A DNA stretch of 64,000 bases from Escherichia phage 04086. A program made the position numbers and the translations under genes. The stretch lies in the sequence record OR842557; one strand, 5' to 3'. The number at the start of each line of letters is the position of its first letter. Position 1 is the first letter of the stretch. The notes beneath the pieces were generated by a model. That model worked only from the letters and a program-made list of their open reading frames with translations. It ran no database searches and had not been told where the DNA came from. This document shows positions 42,849-52,116 of this stretch, in pieces.

Positions 42849-43391
42849 ATGAAATTTTTAACCGGTAGTTATCTATCCCTGATGAATGCTTTTGCAAACC
42901 ATTCTGATGCTAGAGTAGAACACATTTGTAATAGTGGGTTTTATGTACCTGATTCACAAACCCTGTTTAAAGAATGCTGCACCTTAAAACTTGATGGTGG
43001 GCGCCAATCCGGTAAAACTAAAGCAGTATCCATTTTTGCCACAGAATGGTTAGCTAATGGCGGCTCTATTGTTATTTTATCTAATAACACGGCATATGCC
43101 AATGTTTCGGCTAGTGCAATCCGAAAGGAATATTTTAATAACCATACAGAAAGTATTAAGTACCGTTTGTACACTGATTCTGTTCGTAGTTTTATTGGTA
43201 ATACTGCATGCAAATTCCGTGGATTATCGCTTTCACGTGTTCTGTATATAATTGATGAGCCTGTTAAAACACCTAATATGGATAAGATTTATGATGCCCA
43301 TATAAAGGTGGTGCAACATTGCTGTCATGCATCATGTGTCGAAACCAATCAAACTGCTCGTCCTCTGTTCTTTGTGATAGGAATGCAATGA
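42849..43391 (+). CDS. small P-loop NTPase-like protein
   Basis: 180 aa; Walker A GGRQSGKT and candidate Walker B LYIIDEP. Confidence 0.5.
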   Translation: MKFLTGSYLSLMNAFANHSDARVEHICNSGFYVPDSQTLFKECCTLKLDGGRQSGKTKAVSIFATEWLANGGSIVILSNNTAYANVSASAIRKEYFNNHTESIKYRLYTDSVRSFIGNTACKFRGLSLSRVLYIIDEPVKTPNMDKIYDAHIKVVQHCCHASCVETNQTARPLFFVIGMQ

Positions 43392-43684
43392 TGACCGATG
43401 AAGAACTTTTTGAGTTCTGTTATTTCTCACGTAAGGTCCGAAGAGAGGACCTTACTGCAAATTTCGAATATGCTTATTTCTACCCGCTAGAATACGTGTT
43501 CATGACAGGGCCCTTTAAGGGCTCTCGTTTTAGATGTCATGCTCCTAGTATCCGATTAATGAAACAGGTTCCTTACTTCACTCTCGAGTTCATCTCAGGG
43601 CCTTGTAAGGGTATTATTACTCGTAGTCTCTTGACTTATGACCAAGAGATTCATATGATTTCTGACTGGAAAAAATATGTCTAA
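43388..43684 (+). CDS. hypothetical protein with internal repeat
   Basis: 98 aa from ATG 43388 overlapping the upstream stop; repeat F-x-[TS]-GP-[FC]-KG. Confidence 0.45.
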   Translation: MMTDEELFEFCYFSRKVRREDLTANFEYAYFYPLEYVFMTGPFKGSRFRCHAPSIRLMKQVPYFTLEFISGPCKGIITRSLLTYDQEIHMISDWKKYV

Positions 43685-43895
43685 ATTGACAATTGAAGGT
43701 TCTGAAGAAGCTCTGAAAAGATTTGTTGAATGGCTTAATGGACCAGGTGAACAAGACTTTCTGGAAGTCTGGGATGGCGGTCGGTGGAATGGTAAAGAAA
43801 TGATTTACCCGACTACCTATATCTCCGTGCAAGGTTGGACTGAAGGCCTTCGTTTGGTAGAATATGATATCGCAACTGGCGAGGAAGTGAAATGA
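43677..43895 (+). CDS. hypothetical protein
   Basis: 72-aa ORF overlapping its neighbours by a few nt. Confidence 0.45.
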   Translation: MSKLTIEGSEEALKRFVEWLNGPGEQDFLEVWDGGRWNGKEMIYPTTYISVQGWTEGLRLVEYDIATGEEVK

Positions 43896-44170
43896 TTGAA
43901 GATATCAAGGGTTACAAACCACATACCGACGATAAAATCGGTAAAGTGAATGCTATTAAAGATGCCGAAATTCGGTTAGGGCTGATGTTTAAAGCTCTAG
44001 AAGAAGAACATGTTACCTATTATATGAACTTAGATACCGAAGAGGTTTCTGAACAAGAACTAGACCAGGCTCATGAACGCATTACCCAGATTCGTAATGC
44101 AATTGACCGTCTTAAAGAAGCTAGTATGTGGGCTTGTCGTTCTGTGTTCCAACCAGAAGAAAAGTACTAA
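43892..44170 (+). CDS. hypothetical protein
   Basis: 92-aa ORF. Confidence 0.45.
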   Translation: MIEDIKGYKPHTDDKIGKVNAIKDAEIRLGLMFKALEEEHVTYYMNLDTEEVSEQELDQAHERITQIRNAIDRLKEASMWACRSVFQPEEKY

Positions 44171-44174
44171 AGCA

Positions 44175-44203
44175 GTTTACATCTCCTGTAGACGTGGTAC
44201 TAT
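44175..44203 (+). promoter_or_regulatory. early promoter cassette (GTTTAC-17-TACTAT), near-identical copy of 41559-41587
   Basis: aaagcagtttacatctcctgtag...tactatagacctatcaactacaggagatt; the 3' arm includes the RBS of ORF 44232. Confidence 0.6.
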
Positions 44204-44231
44204 AGACCTATCAACTACAGGAGATTACAAA

Positions 44232-44690
44232 ATGTCAGAAATTAATTCAGAAGTATTCATCCGCCGCAACAAATTACGTCGTCAGTTCGAAACCGAATTC
44301 CGCGAACTGAATGCGTCCATCAAAAAAGCCGCCATTAAGAGCGGAGTCCCAGCCTTCTTTATTAAGTACTCTAATCACTTGTTAGACCGTGCTATCCAAC
44401 GTGAAATCGACGAAAAATACGTTTTTGCTTTATTCAAGCAACTCCATAACCATGTTAAAGAAATTCATGAATTTTTAATCCAGGAACCTCTGCCTGATGT
44501 AGAATCCGAAATTGTCCCTGGTAAAGTGTATCGCCCATTGCGTCTCGAAATTACCGATAAAACCTTATGGTTGGGTATGACCGTAGACCGTAAACATCCT
44601 GATAAAGGATACTCGTTAAAATGTCGTATGGCATTTGTTAACTCTAAACGTTTAGAAGGTAAAACCAGCACGAAAGTAATTTACTTGTGA
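44232..44690 (+). CDS. hypothetical protein
   Basis: 152 aa from ATG 44232 behind the cassette RBS; the ORF-track start at 44073 is an extension through the promoter. Confidence 0.5.
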   Translation: MSEINSEVFIRRNKLRRQFETEFRELNASIKKAAIKSGVPAFFIKYSNHLLDRAIQREIDEKYVFALFKQLHNHVKEIHEFLIQEPLPDVESEIVPGKVYRPLRLEITDKTLWLGMTVDRKHPDKGYSLKCRMAFVNSKRLEGKTSTKVIYL

Positions 44691-44697
44691 GGACAGT

Positions 44698-45432
44698 ATG
44701 GAAACTATAAAATATCCATATGACTACTATAAAATAATAAATGACGCCTTATCTAGGGATACACCTAATGATGCCTATACAGAAAAGCACCATATAATAC
44801 CGAGTTGCGTTGGTGGTCCTGACACTCAAGACAATTTAGTTGAGCTTTATGCTGACGAACATTATTTGGCCCATATGTATCTAGCCAAAGCTAATCCAAA
44901 CCACTATGGGTTGAATTTTGCTTGGCTAAATATGAGCTCTACTTCAAATTCAAAACAAAGGTCTTATTTTGTAGATTCTGAAAATTATAAGTTGGCTAAA
45001 GAATCATTTTCAAAATTGCAATCTATTAATAAAATTTTATTTTTCTCTAAAAAGGAAAATAGGGCTGCTCATTCAATGGCTTTAATAAAGTATTTTGAAA
45101 AGGAAGGCTCTAAAGAACGGCTCAAAGAAATTTTAAATTCGCCAAAAGTAAAAGCTAAAATGTCTGAAAAACGGGTTAAGTATTTTGAAAATCCTGAAAA
45201 TAGACAAAAATTTAAAGCCATACAAAATTCTAAAGAAACTATAGAAAGGAAAAAAGCCTCTTTGCGGAAATCCCCTATATGGCATGAACCGATGTATTCA
45301 CAATTATATAAATTATGGGTAGATAATAATAAACTCAAGTGTGGAAGATTTAGTAAAATCGCAATTAAGAACGGCTTCCCTAATGTAGATTACCGAGGAC
45401 TTATTGATTATGATTTTTCTAAAAAAACTTAA
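44698..45432 (+). CDS. HNH homing endonuclease
   Basis: ...TEKHHIIPSCVGGPDTQDNLVELYADEHYLAHMYL; Lys-rich C-terminal putative DNA-binding region. Confidence 0.8.
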   Translation: METIKYPYDYYKIINDALSRDTPNDAYTEKHHIIPSCVGGPDTQDNLVELYADEHYLAHMYLAKANPNHYGLNFAWLNMSSTSNSKQRSYFVDSENYKLAKESFSKLQSINKILFFSKKENRAAHSMALIKYFEKEGSKERLKEILNSPKVKAKMSEKRVKYFENPENRQKFKAIQNSKETIERKKASLRKSPIWHEPMYSQLYKLWVDNNKLKCGRFSKIAIKNGFPNVDYRGLIDYDFSKKT

Positions 45433-45967
45433 ATATTCTTTAATAGTGGCTATTATGTGTGGTTCGTTTTCTGTAAGTGCAGCAGAACCCGTATTTACAG
45501 AAACCCAGCTTGATAATTTACATTATGCGTATGCTTTCGGTGAACAATACCAAAAGTCGGGAAAGTTCAAAGAAACCCCTAATCAAAAAGGATTAGGATA
45601 TATCATGGCCGGATTACTATGGCAGGAATCATCCGCCGGAATTAATCAAGGTTTAAATAAAGATAAGCACCATGCTTATGGCATGTTCCAAAATTACTTG
45701 CCTACGTTAAGAAGTCGTGTTCAACAGGTAGGTTGGAAGATGTCTGATAAAGAAATAATTCGTATGGTCCAAAAACGACAGAACAGTGCCTCTTGGGCCT
45801 ACATTGAGCTGTCTTATTGGATTGATGTTCACAAAGGTGACCTGAGAAAAGCGATTGCTTCTTATAATGCGGGCTGGAACGTCAAAGCAGGCAGTAAGTA
45901 TGCTTCTGAAGTTCTAGAAAAGGCCAATTACCTAAAATCTAAAAAGATGTTTGAGGCGGTATATTAA
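45404..45967 (+). CDS. secreted lytic transglycosylase-like (SLT domain) protein
   Basis: N-terminal signal-like segment (LIVAIMCGSFSVSAA); LLWQESS ... YGMFQ ... ASYNAG resemble SLT-domain E-S / GLMQ / AYNAG motifs. Confidence 0.5.
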   Translation: MIMIFLKKLKYSLIVAIMCGSFSVSAAEPVFTETQLDNLHYAYAFGEQYQKSGKFKETPNQKGLGYIMAGLLWQESSAGINQGLNKDKHHAYGMFQNYLPTLRSRVQQVGWKMSDKEIIRMVQKRQNSASWAYIELSYWIDVHKGDLRKAIASYNAGWNVKAGSKYASEVLEKANYLKSKKMFEAVY

Positions 45968-46324
45968 ATGATTAAGCAGATGACTATAGCGCTTATGTTG
46001 ATTGCTCCGGGAGTATTAGCGTCACAAGTTGATGATAGTAATAATTCAATTGTCGAGTATGCTACCCGTACAGCAAAAGATTATTGTCATCCGAGTAATA
46101 CTGAATGCATTATCGAATTCAGTTCAAAAATCACAGCTGCTTTTAAAGATGGCCAGAATGACGTAGAGCATCGCCGAATGAAAGAGAAAACTCTTTCTAA
46201 AAGATACGAGCAACGTCTAAACGTTACTGAATGTATTCCGTCTGATAAAAAGTACAAAGAAATGTGCGCGTCTATGGTAGACAGACTCGTTGACTCTTAC
46301 AACCGAGGATTAAACTCTAAATGA
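45968..46324 (+). CDS. predicted periplasmic protein
   Basis: 118 aa; signal-like N-terminus MIKQMTIALMLIAPGVLASQV; four Cys. Confidence 0.45.
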   Translation: MIKQMTIALMLIAPGVLASQVDDSNNSIVEYATRTAKDYCHPSNTECIIEFSSKITAAFKDGQNDVEHRRMKEKTLSKRYEQRLNVTECIPSDKKYKEMCASMVDRLVDSYNRGLNSK

Positions 46325-46788
46325 TTATTGATTATATTAAGGGCGATATTGTCGCCCTGTTTCTTCAAGGTAATAATGTTGCGCACGGGTGCAACTGTTT
46401 CCACACAATGGGTTCAGGCGTAGCTGGACAATTAGCTAAGGCTTATCCGCCTATTCTCGCTATTGATAAAACCACTTATTTAGGCCATTTGGAAAAACTT
46501 GGCACGTTTACTCAAGCCACAGGTAATAAGGGCCAAATTTGCTATAATTTATACACCCAATACGAACCGGGCCCTAATCTTGATTACGGTGCTTTAGTAA
46601 ACTGTATGATAGAATTAAACCGTACCGCAAAGGGTCTTTTGTTTAAACCAAGAATTTATATCCCTCGCATCGGTTGTGGTATTGCTAGTGGTGATTGGGA
46701 CAAGGTTTATCAATTGATTAATTTGTTTACTCCTGATATTAATTTAGTGGTGGTAGATTATGAAAGCCCATTACCCACATCCGTTTGA
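46321..46788 (+). CDS. macro-domain-like protein (possible ADP-ribose binding or processing)
   Basis: 155 aa; GDIVALFLQGNNVAHGCNCFHTMGSGVAGQL resembles the macro-domain GDI...N-A-A-N...GGGV signature; motif-level only. Confidence 0.4.
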   Translation: MIIDYIKGDIVALFLQGNNVAHGCNCFHTMGSGVAGQLAKAYPPILAIDKTTYLGHLEKLGTFTQATGNKGQICYNLYTQYEPGPNLDYGALVNCMIELNRTAKGLLFKPRIYIPRIGCGIASGDWDKVYQLINLFTPDINLVVVDYESPLPTSV

Positions 46789-46972
46789 CCCTAAAAACAA
46801 AGCGGAAATTATTCGACGCTGGACCGAAACCCGAGTAACTAAATGCCCTATAAAAAGTCAACACAACACCGATAAATGGTATATTGGCGAATATGTTGAA
46901 TATACTTTTATAGATAAAAATAAACGTAAACAGCATGTAGAAGAATATTGCTTAAAGGTGCAATGGTTATGA
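46760..46972 (+). CDS. hypothetical protein
   Basis: 70-aa ORF overlapping the macro ORF end. Confidence 0.4.
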   Translation: MKAHYPHPFDPKNKAEIIRRWTETRVTKCPIKSQHNTDKWYIGEYVEYTFIDKNKRKQHVEEYCLKVQWL

Positions 46973-47154
46973 GTCTGAGTAAAGAACAGAAAGATAAATT
47001 GTTTGAGCTTATCCACGAGCTTTTGGATGAGCATGCAGAAGCAAACGCCTTTTATGATGAATACGGCCCTATAGATGCCGAACACCAGGAAGAATTCGCC
47101 AGTCGGTTTGATGAGAAAGAAAACGAATTAATTGCTTATGTAAATAGTCTTTAA
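46969..47154 (+). CDS. hypothetical acidic protein
   Basis: 61 aa from ATG 46969 overlapping the upstream stop. Confidence 0.4.
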   Translation: MSLSKEQKDKLFELIHELLDEHAEANAFYDEYGPIDAEHQEEFASRFDEKENELIAYVNSL

Positions 47155-47163
47155 GAAGGTAAT

Positions 47164-47736
47164 ATGGCTCAACTTTATTTTCACTATGCTGCAATGAATT
47201 CTGGGAAGACTGCTTCATTGCTAACGGCCGCTCATAACTACAAAGAACGCGGTATGGGCGTACTCCTTTTAAAGCCTGCGATAGACAATAGAGAATCAAG
47301 CCATAGCATTTCATCTCGTATAGGGATTAGTCAAGAGGCTAATGCAGTGACTCCGGATATGGACCTATACGAGTTCTATCGTTGGGCTGAATCTCAAAAA
47401 GATATCCACTGTGTGTTTGTGGATGAAGCGCAATTCTTAGAACCTGTACAGATAAAACAACTGGCGAAGATAGTAGACAATTATAATGTTCCGGTTATGT
47501 GCTATGGACTAAGAACTGATTTTCAGGGTAAACTGTTTCCTGGCTCTGCTGAATTACTCGCTACAGCAGATAAACTCGTTGAGTACAAAGGTGTGTGCCA
47601 TTGCGGCCGTAAAGCTACTATGACGGCTCGTATCCAAGATGGTATTGCAATTAAGGACGGAGCCCAAGTTTCTATAGGTGGCAACGATTCTTACGTGTCA
47701 TTGTGCAGGAAGCACTGGATAGAAATAACGAGTTGA
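47164..47736 (+). CDS. tk: thymidine kinase
   Basis: 190 aa; ...YAAMNSGKTASLLTAAHNYKERGM...IHCVFVDEAQFL...VPVMCYGLRTDFQGKLF...VCHCGRKATMTAR...YVSLCRKHW matches T4 Tk. Confidence 0.95.
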   Translation: MAQLYFHYAAMNSGKTASLLTAAHNYKERGMGVLLLKPAIDNRESSHSISSRIGISQEANAVTPDMDLYEFYRWAESQKDIHCVFVDEAQFLEPVQIKQLAKIVDNYNVPVMCYGLRTDFQGKLFPGSAELLATADKLVEYKGVCHCGRKATMTARIQDGIAIKDGAQVSIGGNDSYVSLCRKHWIEITS

Positions 47737-47743
47737 GGGCACT

Positions 47744-48022
47744 ATGGACCTAAATTCAAAGATTTTAATTCTAGCGTTCGCTGTGGCTATTTCTTATATT
47801 GTTCTTTCGCCTATCATGGATGATGTGGCTTACAAAAGAGAGATAGAGGTTGTAGCAGCGACGTATAATGCTAATAATAAAGAATGTCCTAATAAAAATG
47901 GGATGGATTTAATTAAAGCGCATTATATGCTTTCCATTACCTCGCCTATACAGAGGAATTGGGTTGAGCATAATTTTAACGACGTGTTCTATTCTTATTG
48001 TCGTAAGCTTAAAAAGCTATAA
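47744..48022 (+). CDS. predicted membrane protein
   Basis: 92 aa; N-terminal transmembrane helix. Confidence 0.45.
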   Translation: MDLNSKILILAFAVAISYIVLSPIMDDVAYKREIEVVAATYNANNKECPNKNGMDLIKAHYMLSITSPIQRNWVEHNFNDVFYSYCRKLKKL

Positions 48023-48026
48023 ATAA
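48019..48026 (+). promoter_or_regulatory. possible T4-type late promoter (TATAAATA)
   Basis: Exact plus-strand TATAAATA about 89 nt upstream of the lipoprotein ORF; long leader, so uncertain. Confidence 0.3.
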
Positions 48027-48114
48027 TAATACTAACCGTAGAGCTTTAGCTTTTGGTAATCGCTATCGGTTAAGGCCGAAAGGCAAATAGTATAAAACAA
48101 CAAAGGACTTTTGT

Positions 48115-48408
48115 ATGGATATTTTCCGTACAGCGGCTTGTATCCTTATGGCGGGATGTTTAAGCCCTACAGTTTCACTAGCAAATAACACCAACGATAA
48201 ATTGATGGATGCATTTGCTAGTAGTGCGATGCCTGTTTATGCACAAATGAGTAGACCCAGCGTAAAGGCCTCTGAAGACTATTGGGCCTATGTTACGGCT
48301 TCTTGGAAGATGTCAAGTTGTCGGACTATAGAAGCGTGCTCAATTGAAGGTCGTGCCATCGGAGAGCGTTATGTAAAACTAATGAAGGTGGAAGATGAAG
48401 TTCAATGA
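48115..48408 (+). CDS. predicted lipoprotein
   Basis: 97 aa; signal peptide with lipobox L-M-A-G-C. Confidence 0.55.
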   Translation: MDIFRTAACILMAGCLSPTVSLANNTNDKLMDAFASSAMPVYAQMSRPSVKASEDYWAYVTASWKMSSCRTIEACSIEGRAIGERYVKLMKVEDEVQ

Positions 48409-48778
48409 TTTCGTACCCGGTCGAGGGTCTGAAGTGGATTCTTATATTGGTTGGCTACTGGTTTCTTTAGCCTATTTTAAGTCAGCCCATTTAGAAACCA
48501 AAAGCTATGCAAGACACAAAGCGTATGACTTCTATTATGTAGAAGTTCAAGGCCCATTGGACCAATTTAGTGAGCAATATCTTGGATTCAGTGGCAAAGA
48601 ATATAAAGCATCATTACCGTCTGCTTCAGACTTGCCTAAGGACCCTGTAGATTTCCTTGACGAGCTTCTTAAAGCATCTGATAAAATCTATGATACCCTT
48701 CCCAAGGCCATCCAGTCGACTTTGGACGATATCACTGGCGTCTTTTACCAGACTAAGTATTTGCTGACGTTAGAATAA
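48395..48778 (+). CDS. hypothetical protein
   Basis: 127-aa ORF. Confidence 0.45.
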   Translation: MKFNDFVPGRGSEVDSYIGWLLVSLAYFKSAHLETKSYARHKAYDFYYVEVQGPLDQFSEQYLGFSGKEYKASLPSASDLPKDPVDFLDELLKASDKIYDTLPKAIQSTLDDITGVFYQTKYLLTLE

Positions 48779-48783
48779 TCAAA

Positions 48784-48809
48784 GGTCTCACTTCGGTGGG
48801 ACCTTTTTT
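48784..48809 (+). terminator. intrinsic terminator
   Basis: 8-bp stem ggtctcac-ttcg-gtgggacc followed by TTTTTT. Confidence 0.7.
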
Positions 48810-48818
48810 CATTTTAGT

Positions 48819-48847
48819 GTTTACATCCTCTAGGAACATGATACTAT
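48819..48847 (+). promoter_or_regulatory. early promoter cassette (GTTTAC-17-TACTAT)
   Basis: GTTTAC 48819-48824, TACTAT 48842-48847; arms cctc...gagg include the downstream RBS. Confidence 0.6.
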
Positions 48848-48875
48848 AGACCTATCAACTAATGAGGAGAACAAT

Positions 48876-49112
48876 ATGAAACTTACGAGTACTACGGTTT
48901 CATTAGAATATGAAATCAACGGTCGTATCCTTGAGATTAAGATATTCGACGACCGAAGTATATTCGCCGATTATCGAGGATACAGAATTCGTCTAGAAAA
49001 GGACGAGCTCAAGGAACCGTGGCTCCTTAAAGACACATTAAAGGGATGTGGATGTAAACTGAATACAGCCCAGGTCCAGGAATTGATTTCTAACATTAAC
49101 AAATATTGGTGA
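48876..49112 (+). CDS. hypothetical protein
   Basis: 78-aa ORF behind the cassette RBS. Confidence 0.5.
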   Translation: MKLTSTTVSLEYEINGRILEIKIFDDRSIFADYRGYRIRLEKDELKEPWLLKDTLKGCGCKLNTAQVQELISNINKYW

Positions 49113-49116
49113 TGAT

Positions 49117-49299
49117 ATGTTAACTGCTGAACAGTGTGCAAAAATTCTTAAATTAGCTATTGAAATTGAAAGAGATTCTAACGACCTTGCGGTTGAGATG
49201 TGTGAAGGTTATTCATATTCCGGAATAGAACGATGTAAACGAGATTTGGCTAAATCAAAACAGGCTTTGGTTGATTATTTAGAAGAATTGAAAGCCTAA
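49117..49299 (+). CDS. hypothetical protein
   Basis: 60-aa ORF. Confidence 0.4.
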   Translation: MLTAEQCAKILKLAIEIERDSNDLAVEMCEGYSYSGIERCKRDLAKSKQALVDYLEELKA

Positions 49300-49419
49300 T
49301 GGCTGGTGGCATAGGAGCATGAAGATGATTTACTATCTTGAACCTTGGGCTTGGTTAACAATGGTTGTAGGGCCTGTTTTAATTGGTTTATTCTTTTCAC
49401 GGTTAGCGAGGAAACTGTA

Positions 49420-49629
49420 ATGTTATATGACCCGAGTGGTAATTCCGAAAATGGCGTTATCGTTTTAGAACCAGAAACATTAGCCGGTTCTGGCGATGAT
49501 ATGACCGTTGAAGTGGTGGAATGGAATCTCATTAAAGGTGGGATTGTTCTGGAACAAGATGATGAGGTCATTTATCTGGATGCAAGCCAAGTCGAAGAGC
49601 TTTATAGTATTTTAAAACACAACCGGTGA
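49420..49629 (+). CDS. hypothetical acidic protein
   Basis: 69 aa from ATG 49420 with GAGG RBS. Confidence 0.45.
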   Translation: MLYDPSGNSENGVIVLEPETLAGSGDDMTVEVVEWNLIKGGIVLEQDDEVIYLDASQVEELYSILKHNR

Positions 49630-49632
49630 TTT

Positions 49633-49815
49633 ATGAAAACCGAAGAAAAACATTTAAAACTTGAAGAGCTTATCGAGACATATGCTGGAGCAGTGGCCAG
49701 ATTTGAAACTGCGTTTTGCAATGATTACCCAGCTAGTGAATGCAGCAGGCTTTCTAAAGAAGAAGATGAAGCTCTTAAAGAGTTGTTAAATTTTATTAAA
49801 CAAAATGTGAAATGA
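49633..49815 (+). CDS. hypothetical protein
   Basis: 60-aa ORF. Confidence 0.4.
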   Translation: MKTEEKHLKLEELIETYAGAVARFETAFCNDYPASECSRLSKEEDEALKELLNFIKQNVK

Positions 49816-49825
49816 GGAACGGAAA

Positions 49826-50386
49826 ATGATTATTGAAACATCCGGGTTGTTTGGTGACCTGACCGCTGAAGTAGTTGATAATGCAATTGTGCTTTCACAA
49901 GAAGACGATAAAATCGTACTGACTATCCAAGATATCAAACCACTTTACGATTTAAAGGTTTTGGACAAACACCAATATCTTAATGGTAGTTTTAGAGGTG
50001 TATTTAATATTAACGATGATATGTGGGCTCAGATTTATAACCATGACAACGGGTTTAATTTGGAAACGGATGGGGAATGTCTAAGCATTAGTGATTCTGC
50101 TAATTTCTTTAAATGTATTTTTAAACTGTTCCAGGAAGAATGCCATCCAGAAGTTGAATGGAAAGTCCCTGGCCAAGATGCGGTAATTCGTTCTAGTGAA
50201 ACCTTTGAAGGCGACGAAGAAGAACTGGATTACGATACTGAATTAACCGTGTATCAATATCAGGGTCGTGATTTGCTATCCTTGACCCAAAGACACGATG
50301 GTGAAAGTGAAGTGGTATTTACTAAAGACGAACTAAAAGTTTTAGTCTCTTATCTGAATTCTGTTATCCCAACTATGAACTCTTAA
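49826..50386 (+). CDS. hypothetical acidic protein
   Basis: 186-aa ORF with GAGG RBS. Confidence 0.5.
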   Translation: MIIETSGLFGDLTAEVVDNAIVLSQEDDKIVLTIQDIKPLYDLKVLDKHQYLNGSFRGVFNINDDMWAQIYNHDNGFNLETDGECLSISDSANFFKCIFKLFQEECHPEVEWKVPGQDAVIRSSETFEGDEEELDYDTELTVYQYQGRDLLSLTQRHDGESEVVFTKDELKVLVSYLNSVIPTMNS

Positions 50387-50396
50387 GGAAAATATT

Positions 50397-50849
50397 ATGA
50401 TTATTAATACAAACTCTTGGCACGCTAAACTTCACGATCGTTTTTATGACCGTCATTCTCGACCACACTCTCTGTGTGCTTATTTCTGGAAAATGGTATG
50501 GGCTTGTTTTGCTTGTGCTGTTGTTGCAGGTAGTACGCTTTTTGGATTAACTGTTGCAGGTGCTGGTGTATTAGAGCATTTCTTTGTATTAAGTACTCCT
50601 GTTCTGTTGAGTCTTGGGTTTGTTTTAGGGTTGGTTGCAATAGCTCTTATTATTGCGCTATCCATTGGGTTGGCATTTGGTGCGATGAATTTACACGCAT
50701 GGTATGATGCCCGTAGAGAAGAAAAGGAATGGCAACGTATTAAAGCTGAGCGTGAAGGCCGAGAAACTAAAGAAAATATCGTTATTCAATACATTAAAGC
50801 TCGTAAATCTAAGGTCTGTCCGGTAATCCACTTCGAGGACAAAGAATGA
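50397..50849 (+). CDS. predicted membrane protein
   Basis: 150 aa; several hydrophobic helices followed by a charged C-terminal tail. Confidence 0.5.
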   Translation: MIINTNSWHAKLHDRFYDRHSRPHSLCAYFWKMVWACFACAVVAGSTLFGLTVAGAGVLEHFFVLSTPVLLSLGFVLGLVAIALIIALSIGLAFGAMNLHAWYDARREEKEWQRIKAEREGRETKENIVIQYIKARKSKVCPVIHFEDKE

Positions 50850-51856
50850 GAACAGTTATGAAAGGCTACTTCGGTAGCCACCTTTATGGAACAAGTACTC
50901 CAGAATCTGATGTTGATTTTAAAGAAATCTTTGTTCCACATCCGCGTGATATTCTGTTAGGTACGGCTATGAACCATACCAACCTGAATACGAATAACAC
51001 TGCTTCCAAAAACACTAAAGATGATGTTGACCACGAGCTTTACAGTCTGAAATATTTCTTTAAACTGGCGGCTGAAGGCGAAACCGTTGCTCTAGACATG
51101 ATTCACACTCCACCTGAACTGGTGGTTAAATCTGATTTACCTGATGTATGGAAATTTATCCAAGACAATCGTTCTCGGTTCTATACAACCAACATGAAAG
51201 CCTATTTAGGTTATGTCCGTAAGCAAGCTTCTAAATATGGTGTTAAAGGTTCTCGACTGGCTGCTCTGCGTGGTGTACTGGCTATTGTTAACCAGATTCC
51301 TGAACAGTGGGTTGATTATCAAGAAGATGGTTCTACTAAGCAACGTCGCACTAAGGTAGAAGATATCAAACATCGACTCCCTGAAAACGAGTTCTGTGAA
51401 TGGGTATTCCATAACCATGAGAAAACAGGACCTCAAACGTTCTATACTGTTCTCGGACGTAAATACCAAACCACTCTGTCATTAATCGAGCTCAAGCAAT
51501 CTCTTAATAAGCTCGATGCGGAATATGGTGAACGTGCTCGTAAGGCTGAAGCTAACGAAGGTATTGACTGGAAAGCTCTGAGCCATGCTTATCGTGCTGG
51601 TTATCAGTTGAAGGAAATCTATCAAACCGGTGACCTCCAATATCCTTTACGTACGGCACCGTTTATCCTTGAAATCAAACAAGGGCTTCATGCTTTTAAA
51701 GATGTACAGGCTGAACTTGAAGCTATCGTTGATGAAGTCGAAACTAATGCCATCTGGGCGGCCAAGAACGGTATGCCTGATAAGGTGGACATGAAGTTCT
51801 GGGACAAGTTTGTTGAAGAGGTATATCTTGACAACCACAATTCCTATTATCGTTAA
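50846..51856 (+). CDS. polymerase-beta-superfamily nucleotidyltransferase-like protein
   Basis: 336 aa; N-terminal GYFGSHLYGTSTPESDVDF fits the GS-x(9-13)-DxD minimal nucleotidyltransferase signature; start overlaps the upstream stop. Confidence 0.5.
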   Translation: MRTVMKGYFGSHLYGTSTPESDVDFKEIFVPHPRDILLGTAMNHTNLNTNNTASKNTKDDVDHELYSLKYFFKLAAEGETVALDMIHTPPELVVKSDLPDVWKFIQDNRSRFYTTNMKAYLGYVRKQASKYGVKGSRLAALRGVLAIVNQIPEQWVDYQEDGSTKQRRTKVEDIKHRLPENEFCEWVFHNHEKTGPQTFYTVLGRKYQTTLSLIELKQSLNKLDAEYGERARKAEANEGIDWKALSHAYRAGYQLKEIYQTGDLQYPLRTAPFILEIKQGLHAFKDVQAELEAIVDEVETNAIWAAKNGMPDKVDMKFWDKFVEEVYLDNHNSYYR

Positions 51857-51863
51857 TGAAGAA

Positions 51864-52052
51864 ATGAAGGTCTTCTTATCATATGGAAGACCTCATAAAA
51901 CTCGACGTTGGTATCTTGAAGCTGTCTGTAAAGAAACCGGACGTCGAGTCAATATCAAGTACGCGTGCAAACCTACGCCTAAACAGACAAGACGATTTGT
52001 TAACTGGGCTATAAATGATATCCGCTTCTATAATTTTTGGAGCGCTATTTAA
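51864..52052 (+). CDS. hypothetical basic protein
   Basis: 62 aa from ATG 51864. Confidence 0.4.
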   Translation: MKVFLSYGRPHKTRRWYLEAVCKETGRRVNIKYACKPTPKQTRRFVNWAINDIRFYNFWSAI

Positions 52053-52116
52053 ATGCTTTAAAAACTTTAGTATACAATAAACTTACTCAATAATGAGTAT
52101 TACAAAGGAAATTATT

